A stretch of DNA of 64,000 bases from a virus. Lineage: Duplodnaviria; Caudoviricetes. The notes under the pieces were generated by a model that saw nothing but the letters and a program-made list of their open reading frames with translations, searched no databases and was not told the origin of the DNA. Location: the IMG/VR virus record IMGVR_UViG_2654587515_000001, positions 15,175 through 79,174 of that record. One strand, given 5' to 3'. Positions 1 to 9,338 of the stretch are shown here, piece after piece (position 1 is the stretch's first letter; each line of letters begins with the position of its first letter). Both the position numbers and the translations under genes were made by a program.

Positions 1-630
1 CTGCCAGTCGGCGCCCGAGTCGGACAGGGTGACTTTACACCGGTTCAGACGGGCGATCTGGTGTGGGTGGATTTTCCTTATTACACCCATGGGCGCAAAG
101 ATACACGACGCCCACGGATCACCGGCTCAGTGCATCATAACCCTGATGGTATTCCGAACCTGCCCCCTGAAGCATTTGAAGGTGAAGGACGATACCAGCA
201 CAAACGTAGCCACAAAGAACCCAAGCCATCGCCGCAGGGCTACCACGAAAGCAAGGTGTATATTCTTCACGGCATGATGTTCGAGGTGGAAAAGGACAGT
301 GTGTATCGAGTAACCCACATGCCAACAGGGACCGCCTTTGAGTTTGATGCGCGTGGACACTCCATTTTGCACGTTGAAGGCGACAGCCACCATTCAACCA
401 CGGGTGATATGGAAAATCATGCCGGTGGAAACATCAACAATGAAGCAGGCGGCAACCTGACAGAAAAGGTTGGGGGATACTGGCGAATCAATGTATCCGG
501 CTCGGCGCATATTGATGCGAAAAGCATTCACCTCAATAAAGGCAAAGGCGTTGTCACCGGTGATCACCTTTGCTCTTTTACCGGTAAGCCTCATTCTGAT
601 TTCTCAACACAAGTGACAGCGGGTAAATAA
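1..630 (+). CDS. Baseplate spike / gpV-like protein, 5' partial
   Basis: Frame 1 is open from base 1 (LPVGARVGQGDF...GDLVWVDF). OB-fold-like VWVDF motif, beta-helix repeats (GGNINNEAGGNLTEKVGG) and C-terminal HLCSFTGKPH metal-tip motif. Confidence 0.8.
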   Translation: MPVGARVGQGDFTPVQTGDLVWVDFPYYTHGRKDTRRPRITGSVHHNPDGIPNLPPEAFEGEGRYQHKRSHKEPKPSPQGYHESKVYILHGMMFEVEKDSVYRVTHMPTGTAFEFDARGHSILHVEGDSHHSTTGDMENHAGGNINNEAGGNLTEKVGGYWRINVSGSAHIDAKSIHLNKGKGVVTGDHLCSFTGKPHSDFSTQVTAGK

Positions 631-830
631 TGGCGCTCAGTGACAGCACTCTCAAAGGCATGATTAAATCCAACCTTGAAGGATTTGGGTTTTTGGCTAA
701 CCAGCACGGCAAGATGGATGAACTCGCAGAAGCCATCGCAAAAGCGGTTGTCGAGCACATTACCTCTTCCGGTGAAGTGATCGTGAAAGGCGGCGGCTCT
801 TATGGCGGCGAAAAGGCGAAGATTGAATGA
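630..830 (+). CDS. Hypothetical phage protein (66 aa)
   Basis: Start overlaps the upstream stop (TAATG). Confidence 0.65.
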   Translation: MALSDSTLKGMIKSNLEGFGFLANQHGKMDELAEAIAKAVVEHITSSGEVIVKGGGSYGGEKAKIE

Positions 831-1117
831 ATACGAACGGTTTGGATGCGCTGCTTAAAGAAAAGCAGTCGGGTATGTCTTTCCCTGAAATCACCAAAGA
901 GGACGAACGCAAGGCCCGTAACATGATGGCTGGCAGTATTACTCCAATTACGGTCTGTAATGACTGTGGTTCAGTTGAAATTATGCACCGTTTAGGCTGT
1001 CGCTGCAGTTGGTCACAAAATGTGAAATGGTTATTTACTGATTCGAGCGGTTCGCAGCTTAAACATGGCAGAGATTTCCTGTTTATCGAAGATAGACCGC
1101 TCACGGCATACACCTAA
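827..1117 (+). CDS. Hypothetical protein with CxxC/CxC (96 aa)
   Basis: ATGA overlap with the upstream gene; followed by a terminator. Confidence 0.65.
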   Translation: MNTNGLDALLKEKQSGMSFPEITKEDERKARNMMAGSITPITVCNDCGSVEIMHRLGCRCSWSQNVKWLFTDSSGSQLKHGRDFLFIEDRPLTAYT

Positions 1118-1136
1118 ATCGTTTTTCTCTTTCCCT

Positions 1137-1164
1137 AAAAAAGCGCCGTTTCTGGTGCTTTTTA
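1137..1164 (+). terminator. Intrinsic terminator
   Basis: AAAAAAGCGCC-GTTTCT-GGTGCTTTTT hairpin with T-tract. Confidence 0.75.
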
Positions 1165-1316
1165 TGTTGTCATAAACATGCTATTAGCACGATTTAGCAA
1201 TTAACCTATTTTCGCTTCACTTTTCCCCTTGCTCTATGTGCCCTCTCTACTTGCTAAAAATCGGTTGTGTAAATTAGAAGTGCCGACCGCCAAGCCCCCG
1301 ATAACTAAAATTTTTG

Positions 1317-1350
1317 TGTTGATGCTGGGTATCTCCCCCCTTGTTAGCCT
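1317..1350 (+). promoter_or_regulatory. Putative late promoter (capsid operon)
   Basis: TGTTGATGC-N19-TAGCCT; same motif and spacing upstream of other late operons. Confidence 0.7.
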
Positions 1351-1413
1351 CTTTGCTGAAAAACCATGTTTGAAGCACCAAAGCCGGTGCGCAAGTCCAA
1401 TAAGGAAGAGACA

Positions 1414-3012
1414 ATGGGAACTCCTAGCACAGAACAGGCGTACCGCGATCAGGTCGCTACAATCAACAACAACGCTTCGCAGCTTGCGCGACATATTATC
1501 GATCCGCAGATGGATAATGGTGAGATTATCACTGACAGTGCCGCTCGCAATGAAGCCATCATTCAAAGCCTTGACGGTTCAATCTTTGATAATGCCGGTG
1601 AAATGTCAAAGATGGTTGCAGGCTCTGCCGCCAACGCGGTCCGTCACTACCACTCAATGCATGGTGAAATGCCGTCAGCTGAGCTGATGTCGTCAATGCA
1701 CAACAGTATTGAGAATATGCTGGATCCGAACACTGAAAACCCTCATCTACGCGCGATTCTCGATAGTGCCGGTGACGGTTCAATGAGTGCTTCTGAAGGC
1801 ATCATTCAGCGTAACCGCATGGTTGCTCTGGTTGTACCGGTGCAGCTGATGATGATCACCAACGACATGGTGACGCACATTCCGGCGAACTATAACAAGT
1901 CTGAAATCTTCCGCATCAACCGTGTGGCCGGCTCAACGTTTGGCGACCTAAACGAAGGCGATTTGATTGACGTCGATTTCAACGGTCAGTATGCGTCCAT
2001 GGACCAACGCCACCAAATCGGCAGCGGTGACGGCACAGCCGTTGATTTTAACTTCGATATCGCCGCCAAAGCGAAGGCAATGCCATTTGTGAAAGGCAAG
2101 GTCCGTATTCTGGTTGATCGTATGCCTGTTGGTGGTGATGACGGTAAAGGCGGCATCTTCGGTAAATTCACTGACGCAGACGGTGACACGGTAACATTTA
2201 CCGGTACGGTGAATTATCAAGTTGGTCAGCTTGCGGTGAAGTTCTCCAAAGCACCGAAGACCGGCATCGAGATCCATACCATTGCAGACATCTCCATTGA
2301 GAAAGACCCGTCTCTGATCCCGACCGTTGAGCACGAAATGGTGAGCTACGAGCTGTTCCCGCACGAATCTGCGCTGGTTAGCTCTAACTCTATTCAGTCT
2401 CAGTTCACTGGTAAGCGCGAATACAACATTGATATCGCAGGTATGCAGCTGGCAACCGCTCGTAACCTGATGGCAGCGGACAAAGACCGCAAACGCCTGA
2501 ACGATATCTACTTCTACGCGAAAGGCGAGAAGACATTCGACCTGACGATTCCGTCTGGCCTGTCTTACCGTCAGCACTACGAAATGATCCAAACCACGCT
2601 GTTGGCAATTTCTACCGAGCTGATGAACCGCACCAAGCGTAGCGGTCTGGTGGGTGTTGTTGCTGGCCGTGAAGCGTCTCGCGTTCTGAAATCGCTGGGT
2701 GCGCCGCACATGGTATACGCACCGAACTACCGCCAACTACCACAGCCGCACTATGTGGGTACCGTGTTTGGCTACAAGTTCAAAGAAGACCCGCACATGG
2801 CGGACCCATGGCGCGTGCTGTGTTACGCCAAAGGCCGTGAGCACGGTGATGCTGGTTATGTGGCGGGTGATGCGATTTCAGCGATCAACTACGCACACAG
2901 CATCGGTCGCAACCTGAAGCACGAAAACACGCTCTACGAGCTGGCTTATCGTGATCTCCACCCGCACAACGGGCGCGATTGGTTCATGTGGTTGCGATTC
3001 ACGCCTCAGTAA
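1414..3012 (+). CDS. Major capsid protein (P1 gp23-like)
   Basis: About 530-550 aa, directly before the sheath block. ORF track starts at 1366, but ATG 1414 has an RBS (AAGGAAG) and fits the promoter position. Confidence 0.8.
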   Translation: MGTPSTEQAYRDQVATINNNASQLARHIIDPQMDNGEIITDSAARNEAIIQSLDGSIFDNAGEMSKMVAGSAANAVRHYHSMHGEMPSAELMSSMHNSIENMLDPNTENPHLRAILDSAGDGSMSASEGIIQRNRMVALVVPVQLMMITNDMVTHIPANYNKSEIFRINRVAGSTFGDLNEGDLIDVDFNGQYASMDQRHQIGSGDGTAVDFNFDIAAKAKAMPFVKGKVRILVDRMPVGGDDGKGGIFGKFTDADGDTVTFTGTVNYQVGQLAVKFSKAPKTGIEIHTIADISIEKDPSLIPTVEHEMVSYELFPHESALVSSNSIQSQFTGKREYNIDIAGMQLATARNLMAADKDRKRLNDIYFYAKGEKTFDLTIPSGLSYRQHYEMIQTTLLAISTELMNRTKRSGLVGVVAGREASRVLKSLGAPHMVYAPNYRQLPQPHYVGTVFGYKFKEDPHMADPWRVLCYAKGREHGDAGYVAGDAISAINYAHSIGRNLKHENTLYELAYRDLHPHNGRDWFMWLRFTPQ

Positions 3013-3027
3013 TCGCACTGGTTTCAC

Positions 3028-3053
3028 TGGGTGCCGCTTCATTGCGGCGCCCA
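3028..3053 (+). other. Intercistronic GC-rich hairpin after the capsid gene (mRNA stabiliser or attenuator)
   Basis: TGGGTGCCGC-TTCATT-GCGGCGCCCA with no T-tract. Confidence 0.5.
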
Positions 3054-3081
3054 CGTCACTTAACTAAGTAGGAATTTGTCT

Positions 3082-3585
3082 ATGGCAACCACAAAAACAA
3101 ACACCCGCACTACCCGTAAACCAGCAACCAGCAACAAAACCACTGAGACCACTGACGACAAGTCAACTGGTACAGATGAAACGGTTGTCACTGGCGAAGC
3201 TGGCGCAACAGGTGCAGGTGATGCCGGCGCTGGCGATACGAATACCGGCACTGGCACCGAAGGGGCCGGAGAAGAATGCTCAGAGTCTGGCGATACATCT
3301 ACAGGTACCGACGGTGACAATGCCGGTGCAGAAGGTGGTGAATCAACAGGCGCCACTGATACCGGCGCTGGCGACGTACCAGAGGGTGATGATTCTGCCC
3401 TTGAAGTGCTAATGACCAATAACAGCGTTTCTGGTCACGAAATTTTGCGTGCTGACGGCAGCATTTTAGCTATCAACGGGCACTGCAAAGATTTATCCAT
3501 CACGACAAATAAAGAAGAGCTGATCGCTATTCAGTCCGCTCTTGCTGATAAGCCGTGGGTGGAAATCAAACTTAAAGCGGAGTAA
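3082..3585 (+). CDS. Hypothetical virion protein with a low-complexity T/G/D/E linker
   Basis: RBS AGGAA; basic N-terminus, about 90-aa Gly/Thr/Asp tract, small folded C-terminal domain; lies between capsid and sheath. Confidence 0.7.
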   Translation: MATTKTNTRTTRKPATSNKTTETTDDKSTGTDETVVTGEAGATGAGDAGAGDTNTGTGTEGAGEECSESGDTSTGTDGDNAGAEGGESTGATDTGAGDVPEGDDSALEVLMTNNSVSGHEILRADGSILAINGHCKDLSITTNKEELIAIQSALADKPWVEIKLKAE

Positions 3586-3591
3586 TTCAGC

Positions 3592-5142
3592 ATGTCTGGA
3601 ATGATCAGCCAATTTATTACCGAGGCAGCCGGCATTGCCGTTCTGCCGCCCATTGATAACAACTACACCACAGGTGGCGGTGACGTCGCTGTTGGTGCTT
3701 GTGTTGTTATCGCGTCAAAAGGCCCTGTTGGGAAAATCATCACAGCCACTGCAGATGACTGGGAAGATCTACTGGGCCGTCCTATGCCAATGAACCAAGG
3801 CACGAAAGCCGAAGGTTTACGCCACCTTAAAGACGCACTGGATTCGCTGCAATACTGCCACGTCGTGCGCGTTGTCGCTGATGATGCGAAATACCCATCT
3901 ATCGCGCTACCTGTTGCTGATGGTGCGGCGGTGAAATCGTCACACAGCTACGGCACGACATTGAGCCTGTCTGCCGGTCACTGGCTGTCGGTTTACCCTG
4001 TTGACGGCGATCCATCCACTAAGCGCCGCATGGTGATCAGCGACGTCGATACGGATGCAGAGCGTTTCACCCTGTCTTTCCAAGAGCAAGTCAGCGGCGA
4101 ATGGCAAACCCTGCAAGGTGAAAGCTTTGTGGTGGGCGTGAACGTTGATGATGTCGACGATTCTGGCCTTACTGCCTACCTGCCGAATGTGCTGGAAGAG
4201 CGCTCAGCGCGTTTCCGTGCAGAAATCGCAGCAACGGTCGACTTTGCCGTCGTAAAAGCCTGCGAAGAAGCCTTTGAAGGCGGTACCAATGGCGGCGAGC
4301 CAACGCTGGATAACTGGAAGGATGCGTGGGATCTGCTCAAGACCGACGACATCGACTTTAACCTTTGTTTTGCTGCCGGTAACTATGAGCCGTCCGCGAT
4401 TGCTCACATGGTCACCATCGCTGATGGTCGTCTGGCGCAATTCCGTTTTGACGTACCGCCATGGTTAACGGAAGTGGCTGCAAAACAGTGGTTGGAAGAT
4501 GCCAACCTTGAGTCTTATCAGGCGTCTTGTTTCCACTATCCCTACAAAGCGACCGACGAATGGTACGGCGGTAAGAGTGTCTGGGGCTTGTCTGGTGGTG
4601 CTACTGCAGCGAAAGCTAAGTGTTTTGCCCAGCCAACCGGTCATGCCGCTGTTAAAGGGGCGCACTATACCGCTGCCGGCGAGAAGCGCGGCCTTGTGAA
4701 CCGTCGTGGTATCGAGCCGCTACACCTGACTGGCAAGCTGCAGCCGACAGAATTGGTGAAAGCACGTATTAACCCTGTCGCCAAAGGCAAGGTGATCAAT
4801 GACTGTCTGAATATCTGGCGCAAGAACAACTACCTGCGTTTTGAGCACACAACAGCCATTCTCAATGACCTGTGTCATGAGTTCCTGCAAGCAGCTGCCG
4901 TGGTCCAGTTTGAGCCTGACGGGTTTGTGCTGGAAAACCTGCAGGACCTTGCAGACAAGATCTGTAAGAAGCGCTTTGAAGCCGGTGCGTTCGTTGAGCC
5001 TCGCAATCCGAACAAAGACGGCAAAAACCCTTACCGTATCACGCTGAAGCAAGTCGAGCTGGACTACTGGCACATTGAAGTCGCTTATGCTCAAACCGGC
5101 GTGGCGCGTCGTATCGCAATTCAACCTCGCCTGATGGCGTAA
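3592..5142 (+). CDS. Contractile tail sheath protein (P1 gp22-like)
   Basis: 516 aa; KGPVG motif, GGTNG linker, DFNLCF and sheath-type C-terminus (LRFEH...VARRIAIQ). Confidence 0.9.
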   Translation: MSGMISQFITEAAGIAVLPPIDNNYTTGGGDVAVGACVVIASKGPVGKIITATADDWEDLLGRPMPMNQGTKAEGLRHLKDALDSLQYCHVVRVVADDAKYPSIALPVADGAAVKSSHSYGTTLSLSAGHWLSVYPVDGDPSTKRRMVISDVDTDAERFTLSFQEQVSGEWQTLQGESFVVGVNVDDVDDSGLTAYLPNVLEERSARFRAEIAATVDFAVVKACEEAFEGGTNGGEPTLDNWKDAWDLLKTDDIDFNLCFAAGNYEPSAIAHMVTIADGRLAQFRFDVPPWLTEVAAKQWLEDANLESYQASCFHYPYKATDEWYGGKSVWGLSGGATAAKAKCFAQPTGHAAVKGAHYTAAGEKRGLVNRRGIEPLHLTGKLQPTELVKARINPVAKGKVINDCLNIWRKNNYLRFEHTTAILNDLCHEFLQAAAVVQFEPDGFVLENLQDLADKICKKRFEAGAFVEPRNPNKDGKNPYRITLKQVELDYWHIEVAYAQTGVARRIAIQPRLMA

Positions 5143-5152
5143 TGGAGTAAAA

Positions 5153-5824
5153 ATGTACGGAACAGGTTATCCATTTGGTGGTTCTGATCCTGTGTTCGAT
5201 GCAGCTGGCTTTGCGCCAGCTGCTAAAAAACCTGAGAGCAACGAATACACCATTCCAGAGCAAATTCTGGATGATGCCAGCAACGATCTGGGCGAAAAGC
5301 AGATCCGAGCGAATGCTATGGCCGCTGCGCTGACATGGTTGGAAGACAATGACGCCAGCTATTCAAACTTTGAAGCTATTGTTGCCGGTCTCGCTGATTT
5401 GGACGAAGACGGTGAAGTCACAGAGCCTGAAGAAGATCTATTCAACGAGATCTTAACCATGGCCGCAGACTCGCTGGTGGAACTGGGCGCCAATGCTGCC
5501 AATGTTCAGGGCTTCATTGATGATGAAAGCGAAGAGGCGGGTGAGAAGCTGCATACCTACCTCAACGATAAGCTGGCAGACAATGAAAAGTCTGATGACG
5601 AGCTGATCACTGAATATGCAGTGAAAGCCAAATTAGTGCTTGATGCGACTCAGCGCGTGGTCCGTAACGGTAAGGTGAAAGTCATTAAGAAGCCACTGAA
5701 GAAAAAACGTCTCTCTTCTGCGCAAAAAGCCGCACTGAAGAAGGCGCGTCGTAAGGCGAATAACTCAGGGGCGCGACGTAAACGTGCCAAATCCATGAAA
5801 TCCCGTCGTCAGCGTAACATGTAA
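5153..5824 (+). CDS. P1 gp21-like virion protein (acidic core, very basic tail)
   Basis: Position after the sheath gene; C-terminal K/R-rich KKPLKKKRLSSAQKAALKKARRK. Confidence 0.65.
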   Translation: MYGTGYPFGGSDPVFDAAGFAPAAKKPESNEYTIPEQILDDASNDLGEKQIRANAMAAALTWLEDNDASYSNFEAIVAGLADLDEDGEVTEPEEDLFNEILTMAADSLVELGANAANVQGFIDDESEEAGEKLHTYLNDKLADNEKSDDELITEYAVKAKLVLDATQRVVRNGKVKVIKKPLKKKRLSSAQKAALKKARRKANNSGARRKRAKSMKSRRQRNM

Positions 5825-6468
5825 TGGCGAAGGTCTGGCAATCCACAGGGGCGCGGACCGTTGGCAACAACGATCCGAAAGTCAGCCAATACCTCAAGTG
5901 CTGGATAAAGCAGGGTAACACCTGCGTTGTCGGCGTGATTGGGGAAGGGACGGCAAAAGAGCTGAACGCCAACTGGAACAGCCCTTTTGAGGGCGACTCT
6001 GTGGGTTCCAAGTTCAGCAAAGCCGGTGGCGTGCTGCAGTCAGGCACGGTTACAGAGTCAACCAATGGCATGACATCAATCACGACCCTCTCAAGCCGTC
6101 AGGTCTGGGAGGGCAACCAACCCCACGCATTCCCGATAACGCTCTCTCTGTATGCGTTATCTGACCCAAAAGCCGAAGTCGAAGACGCCATTATGGAGTT
6201 AGAGCGCATGTTCTCTCCTGAAGTAAACGCGATTTCACCGGTCGGGAATCCGGTAGGGGATGGCAATGCGGTCGGTCGAGTACCGAGTTCTGTCATGGTC
6301 AACATCGGGCGCAATGTCGTGCTCAATGGTTGTGTGATTGAAAGTATGTCGGCCCCGCTGGACGGGCCTCGTAGCCGTGATGGATACCTGATGAAAGCTG
6401 ACATTCAACTAATGATTCAATCTGAGGCAATGCTCAATCGTTCTCAGATCCCTTCAACTTACGGTTAA
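5824..6468 (+). CDS. Tail/baseplate protein (P1 PmgG-like, tube-fold)
   Basis: Coupled to the upstream stop; synteny with the P1 gp21-pmgG-bplB block. Confidence 0.55.
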   Translation: MAKVWQSTGARTVGNNDPKVSQYLKCWIKQGNTCVVGVIGEGTAKELNANWNSPFEGDSVGSKFSKAGGVLQSGTVTESTNGMTSITTLSSRQVWEGNQPHAFPITLSLYALSDPKAEVEDAIMELERMFSPEVNAISPVGNPVGDGNAVGRVPSSVMVNIGRNVVLNGCVIESMSAPLDGPRSRDGYLMKADIQLMIQSEAMLNRSQIPSTYG

Positions 6469-6481
6469 TTGGAGCTAAACA

Positions 6482-6982
6482 ATGGCTGTACCAAACGCAA
6501 AAGGGAACGTCGACTTACTGCGACAAGCCCACAAGAAAAACGTCGCGCTCGGTGAGCGTGCGGTCGCCTCGGATTTCATTGTCCGAATCGTAGAATATCC
6601 GGAAATTTCGGCACTGATCCGTACTTCTCAGCTGCCGGAAGAAAAGCGCGGTGAACCCGTTGAAGACTTCGGCCAGTACGGCCAAGGTTTCCGTCAGTAC
6701 GGTGCCACTAAGCGTGATGGTGATATTGCGTGTCAAATCGTTGAAATCAAACGTGGTGACGTGATCAAGACCATTTCCAAAATCGTTGACAACAAAGAGT
6801 ACGTCACGATTGAAATCGTGCTGCATGGTGAGGATATCGAAGAGAAGGGCTACCGACTTGAAGATACCATGATCGCAGCGGACCCATCGGATCTGGATGT
6901 TGAAAACCGTACTGGTACCGTGCGTGTGCCAGTGAACTTCCTGTACAACTGGTTTGAACGCATCGGAGGTTACGCAGGATGA
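6482..6982 (+). CDS. Tail tube protein (P1 BplB-like)
   Basis: 166 aa beta-rich tube-like sequence ending VNFLYNWFE; synteny. Confidence 0.65.
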   Translation: MAVPNAKGNVDLLRQAHKKNVALGERAVASDFIVRIVEYPEISALIRTSQLPEEKRGEPVEDFGQYGQGFRQYGATKRDGDIACQIVEIKRGDVIKTISKIVDNKEYVTIEIVLHGEDIEEKGYRLEDTMIAADPSDLDVENRTGTVRVPVNFLYNWFERIGGYAG

Positions 6983-7536
6983 CCCCCAACGCCCTATTAG
7001 CTCGCGTCAAGGGACAGTTTATAACTCTTTACCATGACGAAGCAGATAAGCTCGAAGCGTTGCTTATTCAAGCGCTCAACGAGTATCAAGATAGGGCGGG
7101 TGTGATCCGGACTGTCACCGTGACACTGGACCAACAAAAAGCCGGCGGTATTGATGTACCGCCGCATTTCATGACCATGGTAACGGCCAATGACGTTGAT
7201 CAGGTCTGGCATGAAGTCACGGTAGAAGAAGACAAACTGAATATTGTGACCACGGAATACAGCGTGGCCCCGTTCAAAGTCCAATATCTGGAAGCGATCA
7301 GTCAATACGATTTAGACAATGATACGCTGCCGGCACACACCACAGGGATGCTGCAAAAGTATCTCAAAGTCCTTATCGACATCCCCAACACAGAGCGTGA
7401 GCAATACTCCCGCAGCGCTGCCGGCTTACCACTGGATGGAATGCCGCAATTGTCAGAGCTGTATGAGCGCAAACGCCAGTTAGAAGAAGAAATGGAAGAG
7501 TCGGGCAATATGCTGATGCCTTCCATGCTGCTTTAG
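6979..7536 (+). CDS. Virion morphogenesis protein (P1 PmgC-like, head-tail adaptor)
   Basis: ATGA overlap; position before the Tub-like gene. Confidence 0.5.
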   Translation: MTPNALLARVKGQFITLYHDEADKLEALLIQALNEYQDRAGVIRTVTVTLDQQKAGGIDVPPHFMTMVTANDVDQVWHEVTVEEDKLNIVTTEYSVAPFKVQYLEAISQYDLDNDTLPAHTTGMLQKYLKVLIDIPNTEREQYSRSAAGLPLDGMPQLSELYERKRQLEEEMEESGNMLMPSMLL

Positions 7537-7546
7537 GAGAGCGGCC

Positions 7547-7906
7547 ATGCGCCACAATGATGTTTCAATCGGTACACCCTTATATTTCTACCAAATCACC
7601 CCAGAAGGGCCGCTGGTGGGCGAATGGCTCACTTGTGAAGTGACCGGCGAGCATGGGCAGGTTTGGCTGGTCAGTTACGAAGACAGAGTGTATGCCGTCG
7701 ACAAGGCGACGTTAGTCAGTGAGCGAACAGCGTTTTACACCCAGAAAGCTCCTGAGAACGAGCCAAAGGGCCGCTATGCACTCTCTGAGTCATTACGCCA
7801 GTACTTTATGGCAAACCGTCACCACAGAATGCCCTATGACCTGATCCGTCAGATGTACGACTTGGTGAACGACCATGTGACAACGGGGGCGCCGGATGGC
7901 CGCTGA
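7547..7906 (+). CDS. Hypothetical protein (119 aa)
   Basis: Strong RBS AGGAGA; fills the gap in the tail operon. Confidence 0.65.
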   Translation: MRHNDVSIGTPLYFYQITPEGPLVGEWLTCEVTGEHGQVWLVSYEDRVYAVDKATLVSERTAFYTQKAPENEPKGRYALSESLRQYFMANRHHRMPYDLIRQMYDLVNDHVTTGAPDGR

Positions 7907-8405
7907 TTTCAATCGTGAAAAGATGCTGGTTAAGAAAATGGTGCATACCTACTTCCAGCATCAATGGCAGTTCCGGTTGGAAATCGAAGAGCAACCGCTG
8001 GATTTTGAGATTTTCATCAAAGATGTCACCTACGGCCCTATTGAGCTGGAATACGAACCGGTGAAAGTTGGGGTAAACCAGCTGCAGTTCCCGACAGGGG
8101 TAATGCCAGTTTCTATCTCAATGACCGTCCGTGACCATGACGACGAACGGATCCATAAGTGGTTTGCCGAGTGGACCGCCAAAGTGGCCAATGGGGATGG
8201 CACCGTGAACCCGCCATTAAACCCAGACACCAAATGGATCAGGGACTGGAAAAAATACACCCTGATCCACAAAGGGACGAGCTTTGAAGAGGTGTTATCT
8301 GAAACCTATCCCGTTGCACCGGTTCAGCTGGGGGATGTGACCCAGAGCTATACCGAGCATTCATTTAAAGAGTTCCCGCTGACCGTTATTCAATTTCGGA
8401 GTTAA
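7896..8405 (+). CDS. Tail tube-like / tube initiator protein (P1 Tub-like)
   Basis: Tube-fold pattern (ISMTVRD...WFAEW...PVQLGDV); position before the chaperone and tape measure. Confidence 0.6.
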   Translation: MAADFNREKMLVKKMVHTYFQHQWQFRLEIEEQPLDFEIFIKDVTYGPIELEYEPVKVGVNQLQFPTGVMPVSISMTVRDHDDERIHKWFAEWTAKVANGDGTVNPPLNPDTKWIRDWKKYTLIHKGTSFEEVLSETYPVAPVQLGDVTQSYTEHSFKEFPLTVIQFRS

Positions 8406-8407
8406 TC

Positions 8408-9205
8408 ATGTTTGCACCGTTTTCATTACCCAGCAAACCTATCCAGCAAGTGCTTATTCGAGAGGCGACCACAGCAGAAACACTGGATTTCTGTGATGTA
8501 CTGCCCGAGCACGAAGAGTCATTAACCACCAAGTTTTTGAACACGATTCAGGACAAAGAGAGCTTTACAGACTGTCAGCAGTGGACCGCTGAAGACCGCC
8601 GTCTGGCGCTATTCTGGTACTGGATACATACCACGGATGACACCTTTGTTTCGCTGGATTATGAGTGCCCTCATTGCCAGGAAATGCACACCAATGAGTT
8701 TGACCTGCGCGATCTGGCCGAGGGCTACCAAGAAATCGAAGGGATGGCGAGCCGTGATCTGTCATTCGAAGGGCGAAAGTTGGTGATCTCGCCGCTCACC
8801 GGCAAGGATATGGAAGAGCTGGAAAACATGCGCCTTGCTTTGATGATGGAAAAAGAAGGTTCACCCGCCGCCACCCGTAAACAGGCTGAAATCCGTTTTC
8901 ATAAGCTCAAAGCGGCCTTGTACATGGCAGATGATCATGAAGAGAAGCCGTATAAGCGTGAATCTAATCTAAACAACTGGCTACGTGAGCTGCCGGAAAC
9001 CAAGTACAAAGCCCTGAAATCCCACGTCACTGCGGCATTGGAGAGCATGACTCACGGCCTGCCAAGCAAAATCATGGACGACGGCAAGATTATGTTGCGG
9101 TCGCCTCGTCACGTTTGCCCTACCATCAAGGCCAAAGAAAATAAGGAGGTGACAACTGAGTTGTTGCTTCCCTTTCGGGATTACAGCCGGATTCCGCGAG
9201 TATAG
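8408..9205 (+). CDS. Tail assembly chaperone / baseplate hub assembly protein (P1 PmgB-like)
   Basis: Immediately upstream of the tape measure; YECPHC and HVCP motifs typical of T4 gp26/gp51-like hub assembly proteins. Confidence 0.65.
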   Translation: MFAPFSLPSKPIQQVLIREATTAETLDFCDVLPEHEESLTTKFLNTIQDKESFTDCQQWTAEDRRLALFWYWIHTTDDTFVSLDYECPHCQEMHTNEFDLRDLAEGYQEIEGMASRDLSFEGRKLVISPLTGKDMEELENMRLALMMEKEGSPAATRKQAEIRFHKLKAALYMADDHEEKPYKRESNLNNWLRELPETKYKALKSHVTAALESMTHGLPSKIMDDGKIMLRSPRHVCPTIKAKENKEVTTELLLPFRDYSRIPRV

Positions 9206-9338
9206 TAGCCGTTCTTGGGATGTCATGCTTAATGAGTTATCCCTTGATGCTGGTCAGCCGATAGACAGCCTGCTCTGCTCACCAAGAAGCCGTGTTTTGA
9301 CCATGCACAAACGATACAGAAAGGCAGGGCAATCGTGA
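9174..9338 (+). CDS. Probable +1 frameshift extension of the chaperone (GT-like, 54 codons)
   Basis: The +1 frame is open from TTC 9174 to TGA 9336-9338, which overlaps the tape-measure GTG; slippery CCC-TTT-CGG at 9170-9178. Confidence 0.55.
   Translation, partial: FGITAGFREYSSRSWDVMLNELSLDAGQPIDSLLCSPRSRVLTMHKRYRKAGQS

Noticed and set aside
1948-2736. Long antisense ORF (262 aa) and similar shadow ORFs such as 28951-29910 (-), 1229-1687 (+) and 3060-3419 (-)
   Set aside because: They lie opposite or out of frame to well-supported genes, have no RBS or recognisable motifs, and are expected from codon bias.
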